Shown: piece by piece, positions 38,960-52,214 of the stretch
Numbering within the stretch: position 1 is the stretch's first letter
Layout of the letters: the number at the start of each line of letters is the position of its first letter
Source: Pseudovirgaria hyperparasitica
Lineage: Eukaryota
Strand: one strand, 5' to 3'
NCBI GenBank assembly: GCA_010093815.1
Contig: ML996573.1
DNA length: 64,000 bases
Notes under the pieces: model-generated
Databases searched by the model: none
What the model saw: only the letters and a program-made list of their open reading frames with translations
What the model was told of the DNA's origin: nothing
Translations under genes and position numbers: made by a program

Positions 38960-39847
38960 TCCTCCTCCTCGTTAGTATAAATCTACTACTAAATTAGTAG
39001 AGGCTACTACTATAAGGGTAATAGCGAAGAAATAAGCTTATAAATATACCGCGGCGCTAAAAAAACCACGTGTTATTAACGTTTCGGCGCCTCCGGAGGC
39101 TATACCTACTCCTCTATCTATCTCTTTATCTCTATCTTCTTCTTCTTCTCCTTCTTCTCCTCTAGTAGATTCTATAGATAGTAAATAGAATAAGGTTATA
39201 GAAGATAAAGAGGAGATATATAAGATCTACGTATTCTAGATATTATATATTAATAGAAAGAATAAGATAGTAGATAAACTTACTACTATTCCGCGATATA
39301 TATTTAAATATAAGATATACGAGAGTATGATTAATAACTTAATTAGTATAAGACTTAGTACTAATAACTAGGCCTTTAATACTTACTAGATAGTATATAG
39401 CCTTAGTATAAGGAAGAAATAGCGGAGGACTCTTACTATTAATAACTAGTCGATTATTAGCTAGGAGAGAGTCTATATAGTTATAGATAAGATCTACTCG
39501 CTCGCTAATATAAAGGATAAGGTTATTATAATTACCTTTAAGGATAGCGTAAAGTGCGAGTCCTAGGGTAAGAAATCTCTTTAGTAACCTTAACGTACTC
39601 GTTACCATAACTCTTCTATACTATTACTAGATATAGAACTTTAAAGTTCGCTAAATATAGAGACTCTATTAAGAGGGCGTACCGCGATTATATATAATAA
39701 GGCTTAGTAGAGGAAGGAAGCTAGCCTAAAATAGATTAAGATAATTAGTATAATAGAGTTAACTTACTATTATACGGACGTTAGTTATACTAATAAGCGA
39801 GGCTACTATTTTATTATTCTATCCTTATCTAGTTACTACCTATCCTA
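38960..39847 (+). pseudogene. RIP-degraded ORF of unknown, probably transposon-associated, type, interrupted by LINE copy A
   Basis: Manual de-RIP gives an acidic tract, then a globular region ending W.C..KRG.C....S.H at the LINE 5' end. Confidence 0.35.
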
Positions 39848-42780
39848 AAAAAACTTCTTTTACACCTCTAAGAGGCTAACTTGGTCTATTCGGGGTAATA
39901 TAGCGAGATACATACCTTAATCGATAGAGTACACCGAGTATACTAACTACTACTATACGCACGTACGTGTAGTGTTGAAACTAAGATATTATCGCCGTAT
40001 AAAGATATATATATACCCTCTTAAAATCCTCATAGAGATAGAGGCACGGACTACGCTACTAGAACGCTAATATACCGACTCCCTTTTATTAGTTAAGGGT
40101 AGCCCTTAACTAATAAATATAGCGGCCTTAGGCACCGATATACCCTAGTATATACCGGATATACCCCCACCGGTACGATAGAAAAGGCCATATAGCGATA
40201 TTACTAAGGGTAACCATATACCTATCTAAAACGTAGAACACACCTAAAGGCGTACGCCGCTATAGATAGACGGAATAAAGGGGACCCCGAGAGGGGAAAC
40301 CCTCCTAGATTATATTAACTACTAGGTAGTACGTATAGAGAAGGAAGCCGGAGAGGGCTAGAAGACCCTTCTATATATATTCTAGAACCTTATCTAGAAT
40401 CTAAAGGGAATTATAGAGGAGGAGAAGAAGATATAACTAGGAGGACCGGAGGGTAGGCTCGACCGAATAGAGGCTAGCCTATATAGAATCTAGGAGGAAC
40501 TTACTTAAGATAAGCGCCCTAGTATATAGATATAAATAGTAGTAATACTAGAGACTATACTACGGGCCCCCCGGACCGGCGACGTGGCGTATAGTATACA
40601 CGTTATAATCTAGGATAAGGATACCCTAGTATAGGTCTAGTAAGCATCTCTAAAGGATATAGTAAGTAAGATTAACGAATAAAAGAGAATATAGTTAAAC
40701 GTCGTTACTACTAAACTCACGCTAGGAGGAGTAGTACTTACCACGATAATAAATATCGTGTAGTAGACTATCTTACGCGATCCGAACGCGATTAGTAGTA
40801 TCTTCCTAGGCGCCTCTATTAGGGCGGCTATATACCCGATATAGGTATACTCTATACCCGTAAGCGGATAGATTATTAGAGAAGAGAATATTACGCGGAT
40901 AGAATAGTTAAATAAGCGAAAATACCTAGGGATTAAGATTATAAGAGTATAGTAGAAGAATATATAAGGGATTAAAACTAGATCGAAGATATACTCTACT
41001 ATAATAGTAGAGCTTAAGAACCCCGCCCTCGCGTATTAAATCACGTAAGAGAGATTCCTAGTAGAAGGGGAGCTTCTTATAGCGGAACTATAGGATAGAG
41101 TATAGGCGATAATATAGTACTTTAACTATTAGAGATACGGGTATACGGTATAGCGGTACTCCTAAAAGACTAGGTATAGATAGTATTAATAAGAATATAG
41201 TACCTAGAAGTGCCTCTACGGGACACGAGGAGAGGGCTAGAGGGATAGGGATACGGTAAAGTACTCTAACTATAACGGTAAGTACCTGTCGTAGTCGGCT
41301 ACGTGCGCGAAACGCAAATAGATTACTAAATATATCTACTTAATCTAGATAAAGGGAGTAAGGTAGCTATAAACGATGCGATCTACTACTATTCCTCTCT
41401 TTACTATAATACTACTACTATAGACTACCTCCTCACGAGGAAGCGGTTAGAAATAGTAAACTATTCTAAGAAAGCTAATAATAGGACGGCCCTAAGGAAT
41501 TACTAAGGCCGCCACTATATAAGGATAGTCGCGTCTTAGAGGAACGAATATATAGGCCTATATATTCTCTAGCACCTAATAAGAGACCAAGATATGCTCC
41601 TAATTATATAGGTAAATATATAGTATAAATATAAGAACTAGGCGATACTCCTCGAGAAGACCGGAGCTATAATACTCGCTATATAGAAGCTATATAAATA
41701 CTACTAGATAAATAAACTAATAATATACCTAGAATATTATATAATATACCCCCTAGGACCGGAGAGGAGAGTCCTCTTCCATATCTATAAGTCTATTCTA
41801 CTCTTATTATAGTCGTATACTAAACGGGATAACCTCCGGATAATACTATACCTCTAGACGAATATTAGACCCCTCTATATATATAATATATATAATTAGA
41901 ACCGATCGCTTTAGGCGGATAATATGCTTAAGGGTACTACTAAGCTAGGATAACACATCCTCCTAAAAGACTTTAACCTCTATTATAGCTAGTAGGGTAG
42001 ACTAACCGTCACCCGCGAAGAGCTTCGAGCTAGAGAACTACGCACCCGATACTACTACTTTCTATACCTTCTTATACTAGTAGAATAGATTACCTAGCGA
42101 AAATATAAATAAGATAAGGGCGGATCTACACTCGACCTTACCCTAGCCACTAGACACATTTATAATAGGACTTAATACTACCGCCTAAGCCTTATATAGA
42201 TAGACTCCGACCACGAATATATAGAGACTATAATAGACGTATCTACCCCTTAAGACTAACGAGGGCGATAGCTATAGAAGAATACTAACTAGAAAAAGTA
42301 TCTAAAGGACCTAGAATCGATAATTCTAGACCCGTCTATAGTTAACGTATCTAATGGCCCGGCTATTAACTAGGCCGTGAATATACTCCTATAGGCGTAC
42401 TAGGGAGTAAGAGATAAACACGTGCCGTACTAAATATATAGACCCCTAGACCCGAAAAGTATACCTTAAGTGCGAGAGCATAGGCGAGAAGTCCGGAGAT
42501 TATATATACGCGTATACTATAACCGTATACCTAAAGTATAGGATAAATAGAGAGAGGCGAGAAGATAATAAGATAAGGTCCTCCGTAACGAGCGACGTAA
42601 ATAGTAGTATATAGTTATAGATAGATATACACGTAATACCACTAGACTATAGTATATAGTAAAATAGGCCAAAAGCACCGCCTCCCCGACACCTATACTA
42701 CTTATACCTCCCCTTATATATTAAGAAAAGACATACTCTACGAGCCTTAAGAAAATAGAGATTCTATAAGAGGTTACATT
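39848..42780 (+). mobile_element. Tad1-like LINE copy A (5' UTR, ORF1, APE endonuclease; truncated before RT)
   Basis: 5' end matches the reverse complement of 57430-57528; ORF1 zinc-knuckle relics ~41110-41300; APE motifs (G)DFNL ~41965 and DSDHE ~42203; similarity to copy B stops at ~42780. Confidence 0.85.
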
Positions 42781-42789
42781 AGGAAAGAT

Positions 42790-43340
42790 ACGGCGCTCCC
42801 AATGCTTCTAGGTCTCCCGGTACTTCTAAAGTTATCCCAAATGGGTCCCGGTACTTCTAGAGTTGTCCTAATCCTCCTAGAGTCGTCCCGGTACTTCTAG
42901 AGTTGTCCTAATCCTCCTGGAGTCGTCCTAGTCCTCCCGGAGTCGTTCTAGTTCTCCTAGAGCCGTCCCGGTTCTTTTAGAATCGTTCTATCGAACGTTA
43001 AGAAAACGTTTAATCCCGTTATATACCGGTATATATAGTAACGTCCTACTAAATGCCGGTATAGTATAGCGATACTACTTTATATTACGACTATACTTCG
43101 AGTATCTAGGAATATTCTATAATATACCGGCGGCGTATAGTATGTTAGAGTATGATCCTATTATATACCGGCATATATAGTAACGTCCTACTATATGCCG
43201 GCATATAATAGTAATGCTACTTTATACTACGACTATACTTTGAGTATCTAGGAATATTCTATAATATACCGGCGCATGTCGGAACATTCCGTTGTATGCC
43301 GGCATATATAGTAACGTCCTACTATATAACGGTATAGAAT
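42790..43340. repeat. Tandem repeat arrays (15/30-bp CCCGGTACTTCTAGAGTTGTCC-type units, then ~140-bp units)
   Basis: Directly visible duplications, e.g. 43020-43135 vs 43163-43275 vs 43293-43335. Confidence 0.75.
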
Positions 43341-43399
43341 AAATATCTTATTTCTCTTTACGTATAGATATATATAGATATATAATCACGAGTAAACAG

Positions 43400-46300
43400 C
43401 GGTTCGTATTTATACTACCATGCTATCTAGTCTCTTAGAAGCTAATTGACTAACTACCTTACTTACTTCTATGCTACTATATCTCTATGGGATTAAAGCA
43501 TACGCCTATTACTAGTATGTTAGGTATGGCTATCTCTACCGTAGCTGCATCTCCTTTTCCTAGGTCTAAGGCTTATATTCTTGTGCTTTCGATTACCTTA
43601 CCTAACGCGGTGAGTCTAGCCTCGACCTCTAAATAGTCTAAAATTAAAGTATACGCATATACTATAGGCCGATATTATCCATGGCGATAATGTCTTATAC
43701 TTGCCTACGGCCACGTCTCCTTGCGTAAGTATTAGTCTACTAATACTATAAAACCGGCGACTATTAGGTCTTATCCTTCGTAGACCTACGAAGCTAATAC
43801 TAGTAGAATACACGGAGAATCCGACTTGGTCGACCTAAATAATCTATATGCCTTGTTTGATTTGGACGTACTTAGGCCGGCTGGTAAATATACTAATATT
43901 TTCGCTTATGCATATGGACGTAGTACCTATATATATTAGTAAATTACGTTACTAGTAGGTAGTATAAACACTCACTAAGTATAGGAACATTAAGCTTACC
44001 GGTACGGTATATACGAGTACGATTTTCTCTAGGCGGTTGGCGGATATTCGTCGCGCGTGTCTAGTACTTTTATTATAAACGTTATTATTAATAAAGTTAC
44101 GGATCTAGTTTACCTTCGAAGCGTGTTTATTAGCTAGCGATACTATCTCCTTTCGCATGGCCTTATCTAGCTATAGGAGCGCTTCGCGTATGGGATTAGC
44201 GATTATCTTACTCGGTATACCATTATTACTATCCCTCCGACGCGTAAGCGTGATATTAATTTACTCGTCTTCTATCTTTTTATTAGTAAGGTATATAAGT
44301 GGTATATATATAGTAGCTAGCCTAGCCTAATAGTAGTATGCGTTAAGCCCGGACCCGGTACCCCCTTTCGATTTACTCTAGGCGGTAGATTATACCTACG
44401 AGTCCCGCGGCGTTCCGTTAGGCTATAGATTATTAAACTATCTACCTCTATTCTCGTATAACCGTACGATTATCTTCTCTAGTTCTATAGCCGGGACGGA
44501 TATAAACTCTACTACTAGCTTTAATATCGTAGATAGATATACCTCTCCGTTAAACCATTTGGTTAGTAGTCCCCGTTATAGGATGAATAGTAAATACCAA
44601 TCGGCTACCATACGTAGTGTGCGCTTACCTTCTATGGTTTCTAATGCCCTACGGACTATCGCGGCCATCGTGTCCGCCGACTTACCTTTTATTAAACTAA
44701 GGAGTTTATTCGACCACGTTATGATAATCTTCTTTATAGTTTTATTCTATAGGCTCTCGAATACTCTTTTAGTAGTATTATTATCGACGTAGTCGGGTAA
44801 CTTATCTAGAGCACCTGCCTCGATAGCCGCTAGAATATCTATTAGACTATTTAAGAGGGGCGTTATACTAACCTATATACTAAATATAAGGGTATTATAT
44901 ATCGTATATTTATACTATTTTATATCGGGGTTCTTTGCGGAATGGAACTCGTCTACTATTAATATACCGAGGAATACTACTTCGCGAGTTTAAGTGTTTT
45001 TAGTACTAAATTATTTCGCCCTCTTTACTCTTATAACCACGCGTCCCTTAAAAGATTTAAGATATTAGGGTTCTATACTCTAGACGGTACTATAGATTAT
45101 ATGGTTCTTTGCGTATCGCGACGGAAATTCGGTAGTGGCGGTCCTATTAACGGGAATTAACCATGCCCTAATAACACACTCCTCGTCGGTCTCGAATTTA
45201 GTAGTATTACTAATATCGACGCTATGTTTCTATTCGGGGTGTAGGCATCTCTTAGCTAAGTATTATCGGTCTATATATGAGAATTATCGGATACTAGGGG
45301 CGTCGGTAAGGGTTTTCGAGTACGCTAGCCGTACTATTATCTTTATCGGGTTCCGTTTATCGATTTAATCGGTGAATATACTATCCGTATCGTTATATAT
45401 CTGTTTAAAGCGCTGCGGCCAATGCGCTATTAGAAGGGACCTTAGATAGTATAGTATAAATGGTCCTTGAAGGCGGGGCATATAGACGAAATTATCGGTC
45501 TAGCTACACGGATATTTAATCGGATGTAGAGATTATATTAGGTACTTTCTATCCATGCCTGAGTCTTAAGTCGGTTATAGATGATTTCCTAGATTAAGTT
45601 CCATGTTATCGCGTAGAAAGTCCTAATAAAACGCGAGGCGGATAAACGTTATAAGCACGATTATCTTCCCTAGCCCTAGGCCATCTACTAAGATCTAGTA
45701 CTTCCACGGACCCGCCCGCTACTTGAATATAGTAACTACCGCGAGTAACTAGCCGGTCTATGGCCTATATAACCCACTTATACTAAAGGCTAGATATAGA
45801 GTGGGTATGTAGCCGAACTCCTTTATTAGGTCGTCTAGCGTAAGCCTAAATATACTTATAGTAAGTAACCGCATCTCTTCCGTATAATGAGAGATAGCTT
45901 AGACTACTTTATCGGAGTTATTAACGGCGAATATTCTATAGGTATATTAGTATGGTAGTGTATATTCCTACTTACTTCTTAGTATGACTTACGCTTCCTA
46001 TAGTTTCGTACTAATATCGTTATCTACCGGAATTAAGTCCTCTATATCTAGCTTTACTTCATCTCCGTTAGAGTCGTCGTCTATAGAAAGGATTTTAAAG
46101 TTAAGGCCGTTTACTAATATACTATCCGATGTATATCTACTATATAAATTATCTACTAACCCGAACAGTTCCTGGTTTTCACGTGTCTACCGGTTAATAT
46201 CTAGTAGTATAATATATTCTAGTTTTAGGCGTTTCGGAGAATCGACTAGGTTTACTATATTATCTAAGAGTATCCTCTTTATTTCTAGTAGCCGTAGGTA

Positions 46301-48100
46301 AGTCTCGCTAGTATCTAGAGGCACGACGGCATTCGTGGGGGAATTATCTATGTTAGTAATTATAGCCGCACCTATCTTTGATACTACTCTAATGTTAGTA
46401 TCTAGGACTATATATGTATATATGTGTCTAAGTATACTAGCTGCGTCGTCTTCTATTTTAGTATCTTCCACGTTCTCTTTCTCCGCATATTCCGGCGGTA
46501 ACTATAACTATATCTCTATGGCTAGTATGTTTACGCGTGGATGAGCTTCGCTAGGCACGACGATATTTATAGGTGGATTATCTATGTTAGTGGTTATAGC
46601 CGCACCTATCTTCGATACTACTCTAATGTTAGCATCTAGAACCATGTATATATATATATATCTAAGTATACTAGCTGCGTCGTCTTCCATTTTAGTATCT
46701 TCCACATTCTCTTTCTCCGTATGTTCCGGCGGTAANNNNNNNNNNNNNNNNNNNNNNNNNNNNNNNNNNNNNNNNNNNNNNNNNNNNNNNNNNNNNNNNN
46801 NNNNNNNNNNNNNNNNNNNNNNNNNNNNNNNNNNNNNNNNNNNNNNNNNNNNNNNNNNNNNNNNNGTATACTAGCTGCGTCGTCTTCCATTTTAGTATCT
46901 TCCACATTCTCTTTCTCCGTATGTTCCGGCGGTAACTATAACTATATCTCTATGGCTAGTATGTTTACGCGTGGATAAGCTTCGCTAGACACGACGATAT
47001 TCATAGGTGGATTATCTATGTTAGTAGTTATAGCCGCACCTGTCTTTAACACTACTCTAATGTTAGTATCTAGGACCATATATATATATATATGTCTGAG
47101 TATACTAGCTGCGTTATCTTCTATTTTAGTATCTTCCACGTTCTCTTTCTCCGCATGTTCCGGTAGTAACTATAACTATGTCTCTATAGCTGGTGTGTTT
47201 ACGCGTGGATGAGCTTCGCTAGGCACGACGATATTCGTAGGTGGATTATCTATATCGGTAGTTATAGCCGCACCTATCTTCGATACTACTCTGATATTAG
47301 TATCTAGGACTATATATATATATATATATCTAAGTATACTAGCTACGTCGTCTTCTATTTTAGTATCTTCTATATTCTCTTTCTCCGCATGTTCCGGCGG
47401 TAACTATAACTATATCTCTATAGCTAGTATATTTACGCGTGGATGAGCTTCGCTAGGCACGACAACATTCATAGATAGATTATCTATGTCGGTGGTTATA
47501 ACCGCGCCTGTATTCGATACTACTCCGATGATGTTAGTATCTAGGACCGTGTGTATATATATGTGTCTAAGTATACTAGCTACGTCGTCTTCCATTTTAG
47601 TATCTTCTATATTATCTTTCTCCTTATATTCTAGCGGTAACTATATCTACGTACCTATGCCTATAGTATCTATGTCTAGTTTAGCCTCTATTATATCTAT
47701 GGTCGTAACCGTCGGTACTAACTTACTATTTATAGCCGCGATATACTAATTGAATTCTCTAGTAACGGTTTCCTTAACTATCCTATAGAGTATAGTAGTG
47801 TCTATACTACTAGTTTTAAGCTCTATCACCACTTCTTTACTTACTATCTTAATAATGGCAGCCCTATATATATTATAACTTATTTTAGGTATTAGGTATG
47901 GGCCTCGGAGGTACTAGATATAAGGTAGAAGGGCGCTAACGCTTAAGGCCTCCGTACGTCGTATATGCGTGTTACGGTTAGCTATTCTATAGCCGGTAGT
48001 TAAACTAGGATAGTCGTGACTCTCGTTATACCTATCTATTCCTATATACGACTTAGGCCATAGGTAGTAAGACGGCGTTAATGGCGATAAGATATGAAAA
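43400..48100 (-). pseudogene. RIP-degraded SNF2-family helicase
   Basis: Minus-strand IL(A)DGLGLGK(T) at ~45665-45695, ILIVDEFHSAKNP at ~44928-44967, (A)TPLLN at ~44850-44870; ends approximate. Confidence 0.75.
46310..47645. repeat. 234-bp tandem repeat (at least 5 units) with an assembly gap at 46736-46865
   Basis: GCACGAC anchor recurs near 46321, 46554, 46988, 47222 and 47456, i.e. ~234-bp spacing outside the gap. Confidence 0.9.
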
Positions 48101-48229
48101 CTAGATTTAGGCGGTGGGAGTTAAGTCGCTACGTTTAGCGATTATAACGTAATTTCGATAAGTATGGAGGAAGTGAAGTATATAAGTGAATGTTTAATTA
48201 TTAGAGTGGATCTTATATAATTATAGTCA

Positions 48230-49650
48230 TAGTAATAATATAGCTAGTAGAACCGGGCGTATCCCGACGTGAACTAGGTAGATACCGGCTTATACTAGTA
48301 TTGTAACGTCTTAACCGAACATGTGCGCCATAGTTATATAGCTAGTAGAATCGGGCATATACTAATATATAGTAGGTAGAAGCCGTCTTACGTCGGATTA
48401 TATCGCCTTAGCTAAGCACGTACGCTACTCTTACTACCTCTAGTACCCTTTTTATTATTCTATTAGTCTTCGAAAGCGATATCTATATCCTCTATATCTA
48501 AGGTGCTTTTAAGGCTTTTAAAGTCACTATCTTTAGAGCTTATAGGTCGGTCTCGCAACTTCCCGGATGCCGATAGTAGTGTGTATAGTGTCGCTAGAGA
48601 AAGGGTTAAGTCGTTTAGGTGATACTATCTACTACCTATAATACCATCTCCGTGGGTATCTCTACCGTCGTAGGTAGTAGCTTTCTATTACTATTATTAT
48701 ACTAATCGTAGCGAGTATAGTATTAGGGACGGAGGGGCGGATTTATTCGAGCGTAACCTATATATAGCCGTCTATGCTATCATGTGTTAGTCGCTGGTTT
48801 ATATTTCATTTTACTTTGGGTATACTATCTATATCCTATCTAAGGCTAAGGAGTATTATACTATTACTATATTCTAGGATATATTCGATTACTAACTATA
48901 GAAGCTATCTAATATCTACCTCTAGTTCCGTTTTACTTATTATATACTCGACTACTAGTACGATAGAATATATGGTAGTACGGCTCTAGTTAAGTGCCCT
49001 CCTAGTCTTCGTTACGTATTAGACTCTAATTCGCCGTATAAATACTACCGAATTAATACACGAAGCGTCGCTATGGTCTTTCCACTAGTTAGACGTGGAT
49101 ACTAGTATTTCGAGGAATACGTTGTTGTTGAACCTAATTATAAATTTGATTTTTCTTATAGTATATACGTTAGTAGGCTATGGGACCGCTATAAGTATAG
49201 GCTATGAGGTCGTGGTATACGAGAGCTATAAGGTCGTGATAGATGGGGGTTATAAGGTCGCGATAGGCGGAGGTTATAAGGTCGTGATAGGCGGGGATTA
49301 TAAGGTCGTGGGATATAGGGCTATAATTATACGCCTCTTCTTATACTCGGAGATAGTTTTTCTATAATGTATAGTTTTCTATACTATAGTGCGTACCTAG
49401 TCGTAGATATGGTATAGCGCCTTCATCTCTATATACTCTACTACTCTTTTCTATACTACTAGGAATTCGCCCGCTACCTTATTAATAATCTCACGTACTC
49501 TTTTTACGCCGAGCTCGTTCTTAGTTCGACGCCTATGGTCTACGAGTAGAGTAGCCGTATATACTTCTATATATAGCTGCCTTATACGCGCCTCCATAGC
49601 TTCACGCTTTACTTATATATCTAGGCTTAAGATGCGAAGTAGTACTATGG
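48230..49650 (-). pseudogene. RIP-degraded ORF of unknown function
   Basis: De-RIP frame ..KREAMEARMRQLY..RRRTKNELGVKRVREII..; includes a 21-bp tandem repeat at 49190-49320. Confidence 0.35.
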
Positions 49651-52214
49651 TAATTACTATATTCGGACGGTTACTTTATTATAGAATCGGATTCGATATA
49701 TTAATCGTGTGTAGTTAACGTACGTAGTTAATATAGTGTTTATAATTTACGGACTAATTATATCGTATATATATGGTATATCGTAGGTGCGAGGAAGACG
49801 GAGGTATAGATCGAATAATAGAGGTAGAAGCCGGAATAACGAGGCACCTACCAGGTGAACCTCGTTTATATCCTTGTTATTCCTCGAACACGCGTTTATA
49901 ACACGCACGTGACTTAGCGTGGCGTGGTTAGGCGTGTGGTTATTTACTTTATATCGTCTAATACCCTTAATAGAATTGGATAGCCATGATTCGTATCTCG
50001 TAATATTATATCGTAGGCGACTACGTCTAGAACGGCATATGGCCACGTATATACGAGGTACCGCGTTAGTCTTATCCCATTTTATATTCATATACTTATC
50101 CCTAGGTACTCTCCGAGTATCGTAAGCCTATATTTCGTCGTATTCGAGTGTCGTATCCTTCTATGCTTTTAAAGTACGCGATATTTGGGTTTACTATATC
50201 CCGTATATATTATAGTTAAAGTCTAAAGGTAGAGGCTTTGATTAGGGCGTATGTTTTTTTATATTTTCTCTTTAGATAGTAATATCTCCTAATATAAAGG
50301 CTAGAAGTAGTTTTAAAAGTATGAAGGGGACAACTAAAGGAAGCCTACGTTATTAGGCCGGGGCTTACGGTAGATATAGAATCGTGTTTATTTCTTAATC
50401 GGTAGGTACTAGTTAACGTGCCTAGTGGCGCCGTATTATCTAATAGCGCGTCCATACTAGAGTAGATATAATAGAAATACCCTTAATGGGTCTTTAATAG
50501 AGCTAAACTATCTACCTAGTAGGATATCGTGACTATAACTAAAATAGATACAGAGGTGTACTTACTAAGAAGCCGTGACTAAGTAGCCCTAACACGTGAG
50601 TCTAATCGTATACTATTACTAATTGACTTCTATGTCTTTATATATCGTAATACCGCCGTCTCGGCCGGCATCCTCGTAGTCTCCATCGTTCTAGCCGCTA
50701 GTAGTTACTTTATTAGTAGTATTAGCTCTAGTAGTATTAGTTCTAGTAGTATTAGTTCTAGTGGCATTAGCTCTAGTAGTATTAGCTCTAGTAGCATTAA
50801 CTAGATTATTACCATTTATGCGTGCTGGTAATTTAGTACGGCTAGGATAATAACGCCGAGTATAACCGGTAGTCCTATAATTATAGTAAAATGTACCCGT
50901 AAGCGTCTTGGGTTTAGGGTAAACATTAGCTTTATAGCCGATGTCCTAATAGTTATTACATGTAAGTGTCGACCCTCTTAGATACTTAATAGACTTATGT
51001 CCTTCGACGTTATATTTATAGTAGACTAGCGGCTTACGGGGCTTAGTACTATTAGTAGTTTATTAATCGCTTTATTCTCCCCTCTCTCTAATACTAAGTA
51101 TAGGGCGACTATATTAGGGATTAGGTATGTTAGAGAGTAGAGGGAGGCCATCTAGGTCGGGGGTCGTGCACGTGTATATCGCATGAATCTTAGAGTACTT
51201 ATTCTATATCTTGCCGAGTACGCCGTCTAGGACTTTCTACCTCTTAAGAGATATAAAGTTAGCGATAATAACTATTATCTATTTAGCGCGCGTGATAGTA
51301 ATGATATTACGGTTTACTTCCGAGAGGAAGCCGAAGCGATTGGTTTAGACCGGGTCGATAAGGACTATATTATTATTATAACCCTAAGAACCGTCCTATA
51401 AACGCTATTAGACAAGCTTCTATACCGGCTTGGGTAGGGTATTAAATTAAGCTTTATCCGCTGCGGCAAGTATAGTTAGAAGCGAGTTTCTAACTATCCC
51501 TTTAAACAGATTACGTTAGGCGGCGTATATAGAAATATAGAGTACGCGATCGAGTGCGACGCTATAATAGAAGAGCTCGGTAATAATCTACTAAGTGAAA
51601 CGTAATAAGTCTATATTATATATTAAGTTATTCACCGTGTGCGCGTAATCCCCGTTAATGTTAGTGTATACGACGTGTCAATGGCCGCGGATTCCAAATA
51701 TTTATCGAACGGTCTCTACGAGTGGTATATTAATATTATTCGTCATACGGGGCGAGGTCGTTAGCTCGCCCGAGTAAGTAATTAGCGATATAACGTTTAT
51801 TATCCTAGGAACTAAGCGTTCTAACTTGGTAAGGCGAGTGGTCGGGAAACTATATTATATCTAGCGCTTTATAAAGGAGATCCTCTGGTTCGCGGCCTAT
51901 ATATTAGTACTATCACGCTAGTAGGTGTCGAGCTAGCGTGGGTCGCCGACGTAAATAAATGTCGGTTACTATTCCATAGTAGTGTAATTAACGATAATCC
52001 CGAGTGTATTACTTTTAAGGATACGCGTAGCCTCTTCTATTACGACTAAAATCGGATATATATTACGGGCTACCTTGGCGATATTTATAATATATGGGGT
52101 CCCTACATAAATCTAGGCGTGGATAGTAACTAGGTCCTAGGTAGCGAGGTATAGCTCGTTTATCCTATTATGCTCCTCCTTAGGCATGTCCTTATTACGA
52201 GCGTAACGTTTATA

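Noticed and set aside
42773..42784. TTAC-N7-A resembling a Starship target motif at the LINE A junction
   Set aside because: Short motif expected by chance in AT-rich DNA; LINE homology runs several bases past TTAC and no captain gene is visible.
46310..47645. CRISPR-like array
   Set aside because: Eukaryotic DNA; the units are contiguous 234-bp tandem copies without unique spacers.
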